A stretch of 59,414 nucleotides of DNA from an uncultured Bacillota bacterium (GTDB lineage Bacteria > Bacillota_I > Bacilli_A > RF39 > UBA660), in contig CAMODW010000004.1 of the NCBI GenBank assembly GCA_946611635.1, positions 1-59,414 on the forward strand, given 5' to 3'. Numbering within the stretch: position 1 is the stretch's first letter; each line of letters starts with the position of its first letter. Made by a program: the position numbers and the translations under genes. The notes beneath the pieces are model-generated. The model did not search any database and was not told the origin of the DNA. It saw only the letters and a list, made by a program, of their open reading frames with translations. Shown here piece after piece: positions 18,190 through 27,882 of the stretch.

Positions 18190-19902
18190 CAACCCCTTTA
18201 ATAATTTTTCGGACACTCCAGGTTCTACACTATTTAGTGCTTGTAAAGTACTTTCTAAAGACTTTTTATACTCACCTTTGTAGAAAAAATCTTCTGCTTT
18301 TCTCAAGGCTTCATTCATACCTTTATTAACCGTTCTATATCTATTACCATAGACAACAGCCATTTCTGCCATAGCAGCAGTTTTAACAATCTGATTGGCA
18401 GTATTATAAACTTTTAAAACTAAATCTCTAGCTGTATCAACCCTTATATTTAAAGTTTTAATACTTATAGGTTGCATATTGAGTTCTTTTATCATTTCTT
18501 CTATAGCAGCTTCTGCTTCATCTATTTGAACATAATAATACTGTGGTATAACAGGCAAATTATAAGTATATACTTTTTCTTTTCCTTTTCTCATTATTTC
18601 AGTTATTTCTACAAGCTGTTCCCTAGCTCTAGATTCATCTTCTTCTAATCCTCCAAGACTATGAAGCGCTCCATTAAGTTTTTCTTCTGTCTTAGCTAAA
18701 CGATTACTTAATGTTTCCATTTCTTTACCTAATCTAGTATAAGCAAAAGAACCTGTTCTATGCGCATTTATTATCTCATCATAATCCCTCTTTATAGCTG
18801 ATATTTCTTGTTTAATAACCTCTATAACTTTTACATCATTATCCGTTAAATCATAACTATACTTTATAACATCCATTTTCCTATATAAAGTATTATTTAT
18901 CTTTTCTATTTTATTAGCTCTTACTATTATTTTTCTTGTGTACTCTTCAAATACTTTTTTAGCATTTCTTTCCTCATCAAAATTATCATACAAACTATCA
19001 AAATAGTTTAATATAGTCCTTAAATCTTGTGTACTATCTTCAACATTTAACACATTTAATTTATCAAAAATATCTGATATCTTTTTCTTAGTTTCTTCAA
19101 TATTATAATCCAAATTTAAATAATCTAAATTATATCCTTCTTTAACAAGCCGATCATAAACATTCTTTACATCTTCTATTTTACTAGGAATTAAATTACC
19201 CCCCAATATAATTATTGTTGGTGCTTCATCAACTATTATTCTTAAATTACCAATAATATCAGATATTCCCTTAACAATTTTACCAACTTCTTCATAACTA
19301 TTATTCTCCATAGCTATTTCAAAAGCTGCAAAAAGTTTATCAACATTTTCAAATTGTAATTCTAAAGAATCACTAACTTCCTTATAATCATTTTTACCAT
19401 TATTATATTTATTAACTATATCCCTATATTCCGTTTTTAATTTAATAATACTATTCCTATTCTTTTCTTCAGACAAAGTAATATCTTTTATCTCTTCAAG
19501 TAAAAAATTAGTTTTAGTCTTTACATAGTATATTTCCAATTCAACCGGAGCAAGTTTTTCTTCTAACTTTTTAAACTCTTTATCATTATAAAGATCTTCT
19601 ATTTCGATTAATTCATCAGTAATTTTAGGAACATCTTCATCTTTTATTCTATTAAAACGTTCTTTCCAGTCTTCCAATTTTTCTTGCATTTTATCATTAT
19701 CACTAATTAATGCTTCTACTTTATGAATTTCGCTAAGAATAGAAGAAGATATAATTAAATTCTTTTCTCTTTCTAAAGAATTAATTTCTCTTCTAAAACG
19801 TTTTCTCTCATTATTATTTATTACATTTAGAACAATTATCAATATTATGATACTAACTATATAAAAAGAAATACCAGCAAGTATATATGCAGTCTGACTC
19901 AT
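18184..19902 (-). CDS. ezrA: septation ring formation regulator EzrA
   Basis: 572 aa. Single N-terminal TM, long coiled-coil repeats, GNRYR patch near the C-terminus. Synteny with the nifZ-like gene, thiI and rpsD as in B. subtilis. Confidence 0.85.
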   Translation of the reverse strand: MSQTAYILAGISFYIVSIIILIIVLNVINNNERKRFRREINSLEREKNLIISSSILSEIHKVEALISDNDKMQEKLEDWKERFNRIKDEDVPKITDELIEIEDLYNDKEFKKLEEKLAPVELEIYYVKTKTNFLLEEIKDITLSEEKNRNSIIKLKTEYRDIVNKYNNGKNDYKEVSDSLELQFENVDKLFAAFEIAMENNSYEEVGKIVKGISDIIGNLRIIVDEAPTIIILGGNLIPSKIEDVKNVYDRLVKEGYNLDYLNLDYNIEETKKKISDIFDKLNVLNVEDSTQDLRTILNYFDSLYDNFDEERNAKKVFEEYTRKIIVRANKIEKINNTLYRKMDVIKYSYDLTDNDVKVIEVIKQEISAIKRDYDEIINAHRTGSFAYTRLGKEMETLSNRLAKTEEKLNGALHSLGGLEEDESRAREQLVEITEIMRKGKEKVYTYNLPVIPQYYYVQIDEAEAAIEEMIKELNMQPISIKTLNIRVDTARDLVLKVYNTANQIVKTAAMAEMAVVYGNRYRTVNKGMNEALRKAEDFFYKGEYKKSLESTLQALNSVEPGVSEKLLKGLK

Positions 19903-20047
19903 AACATTCCTCCCTATTCTAAATAATCTATTAATATATTACCACAATTTAATTATAAAATATACCCGAAATAATAACTAATAAGCAAAATTTTTAAAAA
20001 ACAAAACTATATGTTATAATGTGTGCATCAAATGAAGGGGGATAAAA

Positions 20048-20569
20048 ATGCAATTCAAAAAATTTGTAAATTATGTTGCTATAGCAACTATAATCGCTGG
20101 ATTAGGAGTTGGTGCCACTGGAGCAACTGTTTGTCACAACACTGACCATTTAACACATTATTGTCCATTAAACAATATCTTCGGTATAGAACATCAAATT
20201 AACAAAGTTAATCATGAATATATAACTGATGGTATTCAAGCTTACAAAATTGAAAATGGAACTGTAACTCTAAAAACAGCAGCTTTAATAATACAAGAGG
20301 AAGATGGAAGATTAGCTAGATATTTACCAGAAGGTTTTAAAAATAATAACGGAGAATATGAAAAAGAAATTACCGTACCATTTAGTGGAGAAATAGCTAT
20401 TACTGAAGGAACACCTATATTTCCAGAAGGAGCTAAACCTGGAGATATTGTAAGAAGAAAAGATATAGGAGTATTAGCTCCTGAATTAATTAGAGTAATC
20501 AGTCGTCCAGGTCAGGCAATAGAACCAACAGAAGATATGTATGATGAAACTAAAAGGCAAAAATTTTAA
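20048..20569 (+). CDS. N-terminally anchored or secreted hypothetical protein with a CHx3Hx2HxC motif
   Basis: 173 aa. RBS AAGGGGGA. Hydrophobic N-terminus VAIATIIAGLGVGATGA, then TVCHNTDHLTHYCP. Confidence 0.6.
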   Translation: MQFKKFVNYVAIATIIAGLGVGATGATVCHNTDHLTHYCPLNNIFGIEHQINKVNHEYITDGIQAYKIENGTVTLKTAALIIQEEDGRLARYLPEGFKNNNGEYEKEITVPFSGEIAITEGTPIFPEGAKPGDIVRRKDIGVLAPELIRVISRPGQAIEPTEDMYDETKRQKF

Positions 20570-20586
20570 TATTTTTGCTTTTTTTA
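20557..20586 (+). terminator. Rho-independent terminator
   Basis: GCAAAAAT-tttaat-ATTTTTGC followed by TTTTTTTATTT. Confidence 0.8.
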
Positions 20587-20607
20587 TTTAAATTACCGTG
20601 GTAAACA

Positions 20608-20635
20608 TTGACAAAAACACATTTTCTTGTATAAT
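20608..20635 (+). promoter_or_regulatory. sigma-A-type promoter for rpsD
   Basis: TTGACA-16 nt-TATAAT. Confidence 0.6.
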
Positions 20636-20639
20636 TAAT

Positions 20640-20798
20640 TATGCGATGTATTTGGCAGCGTTATAAGTGATTATAAAGTGTTTATTACGTTCAGTTTATT
20701 AGTAATTAGGGCTGCCCTAATGAAAATATCTAAATAAACTCCCTATATATTATTTATAACAATCCTATATATCAATATTGATAGAAAGGAGATTTCAT
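20640..20798 (+). promoter_or_regulatory. long structured 5' UTR of rpsD (candidate S4 autoregulatory leader)
   Basis: About 160 nt between promoter and start. Long-range complementarity UUGGCAGCG ... GGGCUGCCCUAA. B. subtilis rpsD is known to be autoregulated through its leader. Confidence 0.35.
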
Positions 20799-21401
20799 AT
20801 GGCAAGATATACTGGTCCAGTTTATAAAAAGAGCCGTCGTTTAGGATTCTCAATTCTTGAAAATGGTAAAGAATTAGCAAAACGTCCTTACGCTCCTGGT
20901 ATTCACGGAAACGATAAAAGACGTAAATCATCTGAATACGGTGTTCAATTAGCTGAAAAACAAAAAGTTAGATTAATGTATGGTCTTAACGAAAAACAAT
21001 TCCATAAACTATTTGATAAAGCTTCTAAAATGAAAGGTAATGCTGGTCATAACCTATTATTCTTATTAGAAACTAGATTAGATAACATCGTTTATCGTTT
21101 AGGATTAGCTAAAACAAGAAGAGCTGCAAGACAAGTAGTAAATCATGGACATATTACTGTTAATGGTAAAAAAGTTAATATTCCTTCATTCCAAGTTAAA
21201 GTCGGAAACGAAATTGCTGTTAAAGAGAATTCTTTAGAACATCCAGCAATTAAAGAAGCTGTAGAAACTTGTACTTCTCGTCCAGCATTTGTTGAATTCG
21301 ATCCAAAGAAAATGTGTGGAAAACTTGTTAGATTACCAGATAGAAGTGAAATTAACCAAGAAGTTAACGAAACTCTTATCGTTGAGTACTATAACAGATA
21401 A
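20799..21401 (+). CDS. rpsD: 30S ribosomal protein S4
   Basis: [16 protein letters not shown]... ATG at 20799 after AAAGGAG. The ORF-track start 20778 lies upstream of the RBS. Confidence 0.97.
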   Translation: MARYTGPVYKKSRRLGFSILENGKELAKRPYAPGIHGNDKRRKSSEYGVQLAEKQKVRLMYGLNEKQFHKLFDKASKMKGNAGHNLLFLLETRLDNIVYRLGLAKTRRAARQVVNHGHITVNGKKVNIPSFQVKVGNEIAVKENSLEHPAIKEAVETCTSRPAFVEFDPKKMCGKLVRLPDRSEINQEVNETLIVEYYNR

Positions 21402-21407
21402 TAAAAC

Positions 21408-21440
21408 AAAAAATTGTATCTTAATTGATACAATTTTTTT
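21408..21440. terminator. bidirectional terminator between rpsD and the convergent M16 gene
   Basis: AAAAAATTGTATC-ttaatt-GATACAATTTTTTT. Overlaps the TAA of the minus-strand gene. Confidence 0.85.
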
Positions 21441-22707
21441 ATTGTTTCTCCAAAATAACAGTTGATTCGTTATCAAAATTAAGTTTATTCATAATTTCAT
21501 TAGCTTTATTAATATTTATCCCATTATATATATCATATAAATTATCATATATTTTTCCATAACTAATTAACTGTTTTATAATTCTACAAGTAGTAGATTC
21601 CATATCATCATAACCATATATTAAATTCGCTATAGAAGCCCTTCTATTTCTAACAAAATCGCTTTCATTCATCGTCATATTTTTAATCTTATTTTTAACA
21701 ATATTAATTACTTCTCTAACTTTATCAGATATAATATAAATACTAATTACAATAATGTTGTCATCAATATCAGCAGAAGAACGCATATTAGATATCATAT
21801 TTTTTTCTTTTAATTCCTCATATAATAATGAACTTGCAGAAAAATTACACTTCAAAATCAATGACAAATAATAATTTAATTCAATATCTTCAATATCTTT
21901 ATATTTTTCTCTATCTATTTTATACGAAATAATAGCTTTAGGTATTTCTACTCTATTATCAACTATTTCTACTAAACTTTTTTCTACTTCTAAAGGTTCC
22001 TTATGATGTATCTTTTTCACATTATATTTTTCGAATCTTTTATTATTTTGATTACTTCTAACAGTTTCAATTACATCTTTAACTTTAAAATTACCAGTAA
22101 CAACTAAAAACATATTACTAGGATTATAAAACACCTTATGAACTAGTTTTACTTCATCTAAAGATATTCCTTTAACATCTTCCTCTTCCCCAACTATCAT
22201 TCTATCTTTTTTATTTCTAATAAATAAAGCTTTTTTACCTTCTAAATATATTCTTCTATTAATATCATTCTTGTCTCTTCTAACCTCTTCAATTATTATT
22301 CCTTTTTCTTTCGCAATAGTTTTTTCTGTAAAATAATCATTTTGAACATAATCCAACAAAAGGTTTAAATTCTTTTTAATATTATTTGAGCCATCTACTT
22401 CATATACAGTTTGATCATAAGATGTATATGCATTAATATAAGAACCGTATTTTTTAAACAATTCTTCTGCTGATACATCATCTGATATTTGAAAATTAAC
22501 ATGTTCTAAAAAATGAGCAATCCCATCACTTACTTTATATTCTTTTTTGCCTATTTTAAACTCTGTATCGACAGATCCATATTTACAAACAAAATTTAAA
22601 TAATAAGTAGAAATTTTATTATTAGGAAGCATATAAATCGTTAGCCCATTTTCTAAAGTTTCAACATATAAAGTTTGATCTACTTTTTTTAAATTAATTA
22701 TTTCCAT
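21439..22707 (-). CDS. M16 family zinc peptidase (active subunit, HxxEH)
   Basis: HFLEH inverted zinc motif. YmfH/YmfF-like pairing. Start probably MEIINLKK (22707). Confidence 0.8.
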   Translation of the reverse strand: MEIINLKKVDQTLYVETLENGLTIYMLPNNKISTYYLNFVCKYGSVDTEFKIGKKEYKVSDGIAHFLEHVNFQISDDVSAEELFKKYGSYINAYTSYDQTVYEVDGSNNIKKNLNLLLDYVQNDYFTEKTIAKEKGIIIEEVRRDKNDINRRIYLEGKKALFIRNKKDRMIVGEEEDVKGISLDEVKLVHKVFYNPSNMFLVVTGNFKVKDVIETVRSNQNNKRFEKYNVKKIHHKEPLEVEKSLVEIVDNRVEIPKAIISYKIDREKYKDIEDIELNYYLSLILKCNFSASSLLYEELKEKNMISNMRSSADIDDNIIVISIYIISDKVREVINIVKNKIKNMTMNESDFVRNRRASIANLIYGYDDMESTTCRIIKQLISYGKIYDNLYDIYNGININKANEIMNKLNFDNESTVILEKQ

Positions 22708-23968
22708 CTTCATCATCCCCACAAAGTAGAAAAACCATATTCTTTTTTACTTTTTTAGCAACTTTAATTATATCTTCTTTTGTTACTTTTTCTAACAAAC
22801 TAATTCTATCTTCTATTTCATAGTTTTCACAAAAGTCAATATAAAACCTATAATTTAAAGCACTTTCAGAACTATTTGTTATATTCTTAAAAGCATTTTT
22901 TAAAGCTTTTACACTATCTTTTATATCACCTATAGTAAAATCGCCATTAATCATTTCTTCTAAGCATTCATCAATAAGCTTCATACACAATTCTTTATCT
23001 TTTTTATTAATTCCTGCATATATATACAAATAATTATCATAACAATTAATAGCTGAATATATAACATAACATAAAGAATGCTTTTCTCTTACTTTATCAT
23101 ATAATTTAGAAGTCAATCCTCCAGCGCCAAATATATAATTAAATATTATAGCATCTATATTCTTTTCTTTTTTCGAATCCAATTCTAAATTATAAAATAT
23201 AACTAAAGTATCTTGTTTAACAGAGCTCTTTTCTTCTAAATAAAGAACTTCTTTTCTTTCCTTATTATGAATATATAGATTATTATTATTCTTATTTATT
23301 TTTATTCCTTTAAAGTATTTATTAACACAATTAACTATTTGTTTTTTATTTATATTACCAATTATATAAATATAACATTCCGTATTATTTAATAGTACAT
23401 CATACTCTTTTTTTAAATCACCAATTGTAAGTTTTTCTAATTCTTCTAAATATCCATCAATTGTTATTCCTGTTAATGATTCTTCCCCAAAAATCATTAC
23501 AGATCTTTTAATTGCATATTCTGCAGGAGATTCTTTAAGTGATATTAAATAATCTCTATAATTATTTTTACATATTTCAAAAGCTTTTTTACTATAATCT
23601 CCATTATCAAAATTAGGATTAAAAATTATTTCCGAGAACAGTTTTACAACTTCATCCATATAATTCTTATCACAATATTTAGGATTTAAAAAATATAAAT
23701 CATATTCATGAAATAGATTTTCTCCTATCTTAAATATTTTCCCATAAATATTTGAATTATATAAATACTCAAGTTTATTACGTAATTCCCTCCTCGTAGG
23801 ATAATTATATGAACTATATACTAAGAAATCTAAGAGTAAACTATTACAAGTTATAGTATTAACTTTTAACTTTTCTTTAAATACAAATTGTATTTGACAA
23901 TTTTTAAAATTATTAGTCTTTATATAATTAATAGTATAATTATCTAACTTTATAATTTCACCTTTCAT
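22694..23968 (-). CDS. M16 family peptidase-like protein without HxxEH (non-catalytic partner)
   Basis: 424 aa with the same two-lobed length and pattern as the downstream gene. No zinc motif. Overlaps the partner start. Confidence 0.65.
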   Translation of the reverse strand: MKGEIIKLDNYTINYIKTNNFKNCQIQFVFKEKLKVNTITCNSLLLDFLVYSSYNYPTRRELRNKLEYLYNSNIYGKIFKIGENLFHEYDLYFLNPKYCDKNYMDEVVKLFSEIIFNPNFDNGDYSKKAFEICKNNYRDYLISLKESPAEYAIKRSVMIFGEESLTGITIDGYLEELEKLTIGDLKKEYDVLLNNTECYIYIIGNINKKQIVNCVNKYFKGIKINKNNNNLYIHNKERKEVLYLEEKSSVKQDTLVIFYNLELDSKKEKNIDAIIFNYIFGAGGLTSKLYDKVREKHSLCYVIYSAINCYDNYLYIYAGINKKDKELCMKLIDECLEEMINGDFTIGDIKDSVKALKNAFKNITNSSESALNYRFYIDFCENYEIEDRISLLEKVTKEDIIKVAKKVKKNMVFLLCGDDEDGNN

Positions 23969-24019
23969 AAAATCGCCTCGCTCATATATTATATTAAAAA
24001 AGTAACAATATTTCTACTG

Positions 24020-25504
24020 TTACTCATTATATTCATTACCTACATTTATTAAATTACTAACTTTATCATCTATCTTTTTTATCTTACCAGAATATTTATA
24101 TAAATCTCCAGACATTTCCATCTTATTATAATCTTTTATATAATAAATTTCTTTATCGCGTACATATTGATACTTACTAACATCTTCATCTATCAACTTA
24201 GGTTTTCCACCCTTCGAAAAATAAAGATCTCCACTATTACCACTATAGTTTTTAAAATAATATATTATCTTACCATCATTACTTACTTTTAAATTATTAG
24301 CAATTACATCACTATCAATCTTTTTAGCTTTATAGGAATTAGTTATATACAAAGTTCCTAATCCTTTTTTTGTTGAATCCGCAAGAAAGACAAAACCCTT
24401 TTCTGTTTTTCTAAATGATAAGGATTCTACATCACTAATAACAGTTCTACTCTTACCTACTTTAGCTCCATTTATTCTCGCAAACATTAAATCATTATCT
24501 TTATTAATATAATAAACTGCACTCCTATTATTAATAAAAACATAATTTATATTATTTTTCAAATCTTTTTCAATAACACTTGCTTCTTTTGTTCCTTTTT
24601 GAAAATATAAAGAATACTTCTTATCATATTTACTATAAACAATTTCTTTGTTTTCAACATCTACAGTTGCTACATCATAAATATCATTAGCAACTTTATT
24701 ACTCTTAGTTCCATCGTAATAATATAATGTACTATCTAAAGTAAGATAATAGAATTCTTCTAAATCATCAGATGCATAATAAGCACTAACATCTTCATCT
24801 ATTTTTGTCGTATCTTCATTTTTAAGATTATATAGCTTTAAAGTCTTATTACTATCTAAATATATTAATATCTTATTATTTAATAATGTTAGTTCTCTTC
24901 CAAAGTTATCATCAATCTTCTTAACTTCTTCTTTATTATATTTCAAACTTCTTTTACATAGTTTACCATCTTTTAAATAAATAACTTCATCATCTGTTAC
25001 AGCTTTTACTTCTTTAATATCGGAAACTATTTTCTCATTCTTTTTATAATTATAAACATATAAATTATCATCTTCATCTACAGAAACAATATACTTATCA
25101 TTAGGACTAAAATAATATTTTTTTACATTCCCCATAATTTTAATAGTTTCATCTTTTTTATTTGCTTTATACAAATATAAAGAAGAATTTTTAACAAATA
25201 AAACATACTTATTTGTTTTATTAGCATATAAAACATCTTTAATACTATCATTACTTGATAAAGAAACAGTTTTATCTTTTTTATTAATTAAAACTAACTC
25301 CCCACCTTTTTTATTATATATCATAGGATAATCAGTAACTTTCTTATTAAAAAAGATACTCTTTATAAGAAAAAACATTAGTATTATCGTAATTATAGCC
25401 ACAAAAACTCTAATACTAGTAAGTAAACTTCTAATATTATTATTATTTAATTCAAACTTTTTAAACACTGATTCTTTTGTTTTCGTTTCTCTTTTTTTAT
25501 TCAT
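24020..25504 (-). CDS. type II membrane protein with reiterated ~40-aa Tyr-rich beta units (propeller-like ectodomain), unknown function
   Basis: TM VFVAIITIILMFFLIKSIFF, then repeated ...LY.Y/YYI...D.. units (SLYLYKANKKDE, NLYVYNYKKNE, TLYYYDGTKSN, AVYYINKDND, DLYFSKGGKP, DLYKYSGK). Confidence 0.55.
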   Translation of the reverse strand: MNKKRETKTKESVFKKFELNNNNIRSLLTSIRVFVAIITIILMFFLIKSIFFNKKVTDYPMIYNKKGGELVLINKKDKTVSLSSNDSIKDVLYANKTNKYVLFVKNSSLYLYKANKKDETIKIMGNVKKYYFSPNDKYIVSVDEDDNLYVYNYKKNEKIVSDIKEVKAVTDDEVIYLKDGKLCKRSLKYNKEEVKKIDDNFGRELTLLNNKILIYLDSNKTLKLYNLKNEDTTKIDEDVSAYYASDDLEEFYYLTLDSTLYYYDGTKSNKVANDIYDVATVDVENKEIVYSKYDKKYSLYFQKGTKEASVIEKDLKNNINYVFINNRSAVYYINKDNDLMFARINGAKVGKSRTVISDVESLSFRKTEKGFVFLADSTKKGLGTLYITNSYKAKKIDSDVIANNLKVSNDGKIIYYFKNYSGNSGDLYFSKGGKPKLIDEDVSKYQYVRDKEIYYIKDYNKMEMSGDLYKYSGKIKKIDDKVSNLINVGNEYNE

Positions 25505-25555
25505 ATTTATTACCTTCCCTATTAAAATTATAGTTCATATATTTAAATACTTCAA

Positions 25556-26686
25556 TCACTTTTTATTAAGACACACCTTATATTCTTTAACAATATAATC
25601 ATCTGTCATACCCGCTATATAATCAATAACTTTTCTAGCATTACTTGTATTAGATATATACTCTTCAGACATTTTATTTAAAAATACCATAAATATATTA
25701 CTATCTATATTATTTTCTTCTACATCTTTAAGCGATACATCAAAGACAGTATTAAACACTTCATTATAGAATTCTAACATTTCAATACTATTAGCTTTAC
25801 TATAAATATGTTCATAATTGAACTTTTTAAGCTCTTTTACAGCATTAAACACTTCCGAACTCATTTTCAAATATTCTTTATCTAAGCTATTAGTTAGTAA
25901 GTCTTTAATTATAGTATCTATAATTTGTCCATTTGTACAACCTAATACATTACGTATTTCTAGAGGAATATCTTCCTTTTTTATCATCCCAATTCTTATT
26001 GCATCTTCAATATCTCTACCTATATAAGCGATAATATCACTTACACGAACTACACACCCTTCTAAGGTCATTGGCACTAGTTTTTTCACAGCAGAAGGAT
26101 CTACATAAGTATTATTATATTCCATTAAGAATTGTTCCTTAGTTTTACGAGAAGGATGATATTCTTTTAATTCAAGTTCCCCATTATGACATAAAATTGC
26201 ATCTAAAACCTGTACAGTTAAATTGCAACCAACTCCATAATTTTCTAATACCATTAATTGTCTTACACTTTCAACATTATGATTAAAATAGCCTTCTCCA
26301 ACTTTTAAACTTATTTCATTTAGAATTTTTTCTCCTACATGACCAAATGGTACATGACCGATATCGTGACCTAAAGCTGCAGCTTCTATTAAATCTTCAT
26401 TTAAACCTAATGCCCTACCAATTGTTCTAGCCACTTTAGAAACCATTTGGACATGAGTCATACGTTTACTTACATGATCGTTATCATTAAAAGTAAATAC
26501 CTGTGTTTTATCCATATATCTATTATATGATAAAGAATATATTATTCTATCGATATCTCTAAAAAAAGGAGTTCTTATATCTTCTTCCTGCAAAGAAAAC
26601 CTTATTGCATCATCATCTTTTGTTGCATAAAAAGATAAATAATTATTTTTATTTTGCATATTCTTCTTTACTTTATCAATGTCCAT
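25556..26686 (-). CDS. HD-domain dNTP triphosphohydrolase-like protein (dGTPase family)
   Basis: RMTHVQMVS, LGHDIGHVPFGH, DRIAYIxRD-like SDIIAYIGRDIEDA. Confidence 0.8.
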   Translation of the reverse strand: MDIDKVKKNMQNKNNYLSFYATKDDDAIRFSLQEEDIRTPFFRDIDRIIYSLSYNRYMDKTQVFTFNDNDHVSKRMTHVQMVSKVARTIGRALGLNEDLIEAAALGHDIGHVPFGHVGEKILNEISLKVGEGYFNHNVESVRQLMVLENYGVGCNLTVQVLDAILCHNGELELKEYHPSRKTKEQFLMEYNNTYVDPSAVKKLVPMTLEGCVVRVSDIIAYIGRDIEDAIRIGMIKKEDIPLEIRNVLGCTNGQIIDTIIKDLLTNSLDKEYLKMSSEVFNAVKELKKFNYEHIYSKANSIEMLEFYNEVFNTVFDVSLKDVEENNIDSNIFMVFLNKMSEEYISNTSNARKVIDYIAGMTDDYIVKEYKVCLNKK

Positions 26687-26730
26687 ACTATACCTCCATA
26701 CACCATTTTAAATATATCATTTATTAAAAA

Positions 26731-26760
26731 GAAAAAAAAGAATTATATAAATATAATTCT
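26731..26760 (-). terminator. terminator after dnaJ
   Basis: AGAATTATA-loop-TATAATTCT followed by TTTTTTTTC on the minus strand. Includes the dnaJ TAG. Confidence 0.7.
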
Positions 26761-27880
26761 ATAAATATTTCTTAAAATTCTTGAACTCTGAACCAATTTC
26801 CAAATCAGTTTCTGATAATTCTTTAAATAATTCTTTTTGCTTTTTATCAAGTTTATTTGGAATAACAACATCTAAAACGACATACATATCTCCATGTCTA
26901 GAAGAACTAGGATCCTTAACTCCTTTACCTTTCATTCTAAGTTGCTCTCCGGATTGACTACCAGCATCAATATCTAGAATGACACTACCAGTTAAAGTAG
27001 GTACTTCCTTTTTACATCCTAGAACTGCTTCTGTAATCGTTAAAGGTACATCTATATATATATCATTACCTTTTCTTTCAAATAGAGGATGATCCTTAAC
27101 AACAAATTCTATATAAATATCACCATTAGGTCCCCCATTATAGCCAGCAGCGCCCTTTCCAGTAATGCGGAGTTGATGTCCGGTATTAACTCCTTCAGGT
27201 ATCTCTATTTCTATTTCTTTATTTTTAATAACATGTCCTTGACCATTACACTTTTTACATACATTTTTATATGTCTTACCTTTACCATTACAATCAGGAC
27301 AAGTTGTTTCACTTTGAAAAACACCAAACATCGTTCTTTGTTGTTGAACAACTCTTCCATTACCTCCACAGGTAGAGCAAGTAGCTTCACCATCTCCACC
27401 CTTACCATTACAAGAATCACATTCAGAATCTAAATCAAGACTAATAGTTTTTTTACAGCCAAAAACTGCTTCTTCAAAAGTTAAATTAACTTTTACCAAA
27501 GAATCTTTACCTTTTGCAGGACGATTTCTTGAACTTCTTCTAGATGAACCACCAAACATTCCTGATCCAAAAATATCATCAAATATAGAACCTAAATCAA
27601 TATCATCTGCAGAGAATCCTCCAAATCCATTGAATCCACCGAATCCTCCGCCACCAGTGCCATCAAAAGCAGCATGGCCAAATTGATCATATTGTTTCCT
27701 CTTTTGTTCATCTGACAAAACAGCATATGCTTCTCCAATTTCTTTAAACTTCGCTTCATCACCAGTCTCTTTATTATCTGGATGATACTTTTTAGCTAAC
27801 TTTCTAAAAGCACTTTTAATTTCTGCTGTACTAGCACCCTTAGTAAGGCCTAATACTTCATAATAATCTTTCTTTGCCAT
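26759..27880 (-). CDS. dnaJ: chaperone DnaJ
   Basis: J domain with HPD, G/F region, four CxxCxGxG repeats. ATG lies 2 nt after the pmbA stop. Confidence 0.97.
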   Translation of the reverse strand: MAKKDYYEVLGLTKGASTAEIKSAFRKLAKKYHPDNKETGDEAKFKEIGEAYAVLSDEQKRKQYDQFGHAAFDGTGGGGFGGFNGFGGFSADDIDLGSIFDDIFGSGMFGGSSRRSSRNRPAKGKDSLVKVNLTFEEAVFGCKKTISLDLDSECDSCNGKGGDGEATCSTCGGNGRVVQQQRTMFGVFQSETTCPDCNGKGKTYKNVCKKCNGQGHVIKNKEIEIEIPEGVNTGHQLRITGKGAAGYNGGPNGDIYIEFVVKDHPLFERKGNDIYIDVPLTITEAVLGCKKEVPTLTGSVILDIDAGSQSGEQLRMKGKGVKDPSSSRHGDMYVVLDVVIPNKLDKKQKELFKELSETDLEIGSEFKNFKKYL

Positions 27881-27882
27881 GT

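Noticed and set aside
20743-20931. 62-aa minus-strand ORF overlapping the rpsD start
   Set aside because: It is antisense to the rpsD leader and 5' coding region, which are unambiguous.
27089-27433. Two ORFs (114 aa on plus, 69 aa on minus at 27211..27420) inside dnaJ
   Set aside because: Both lie in alternative frames of the Cys-rich and G/F region of dnaJ. They have no RBS and an implausible composition.
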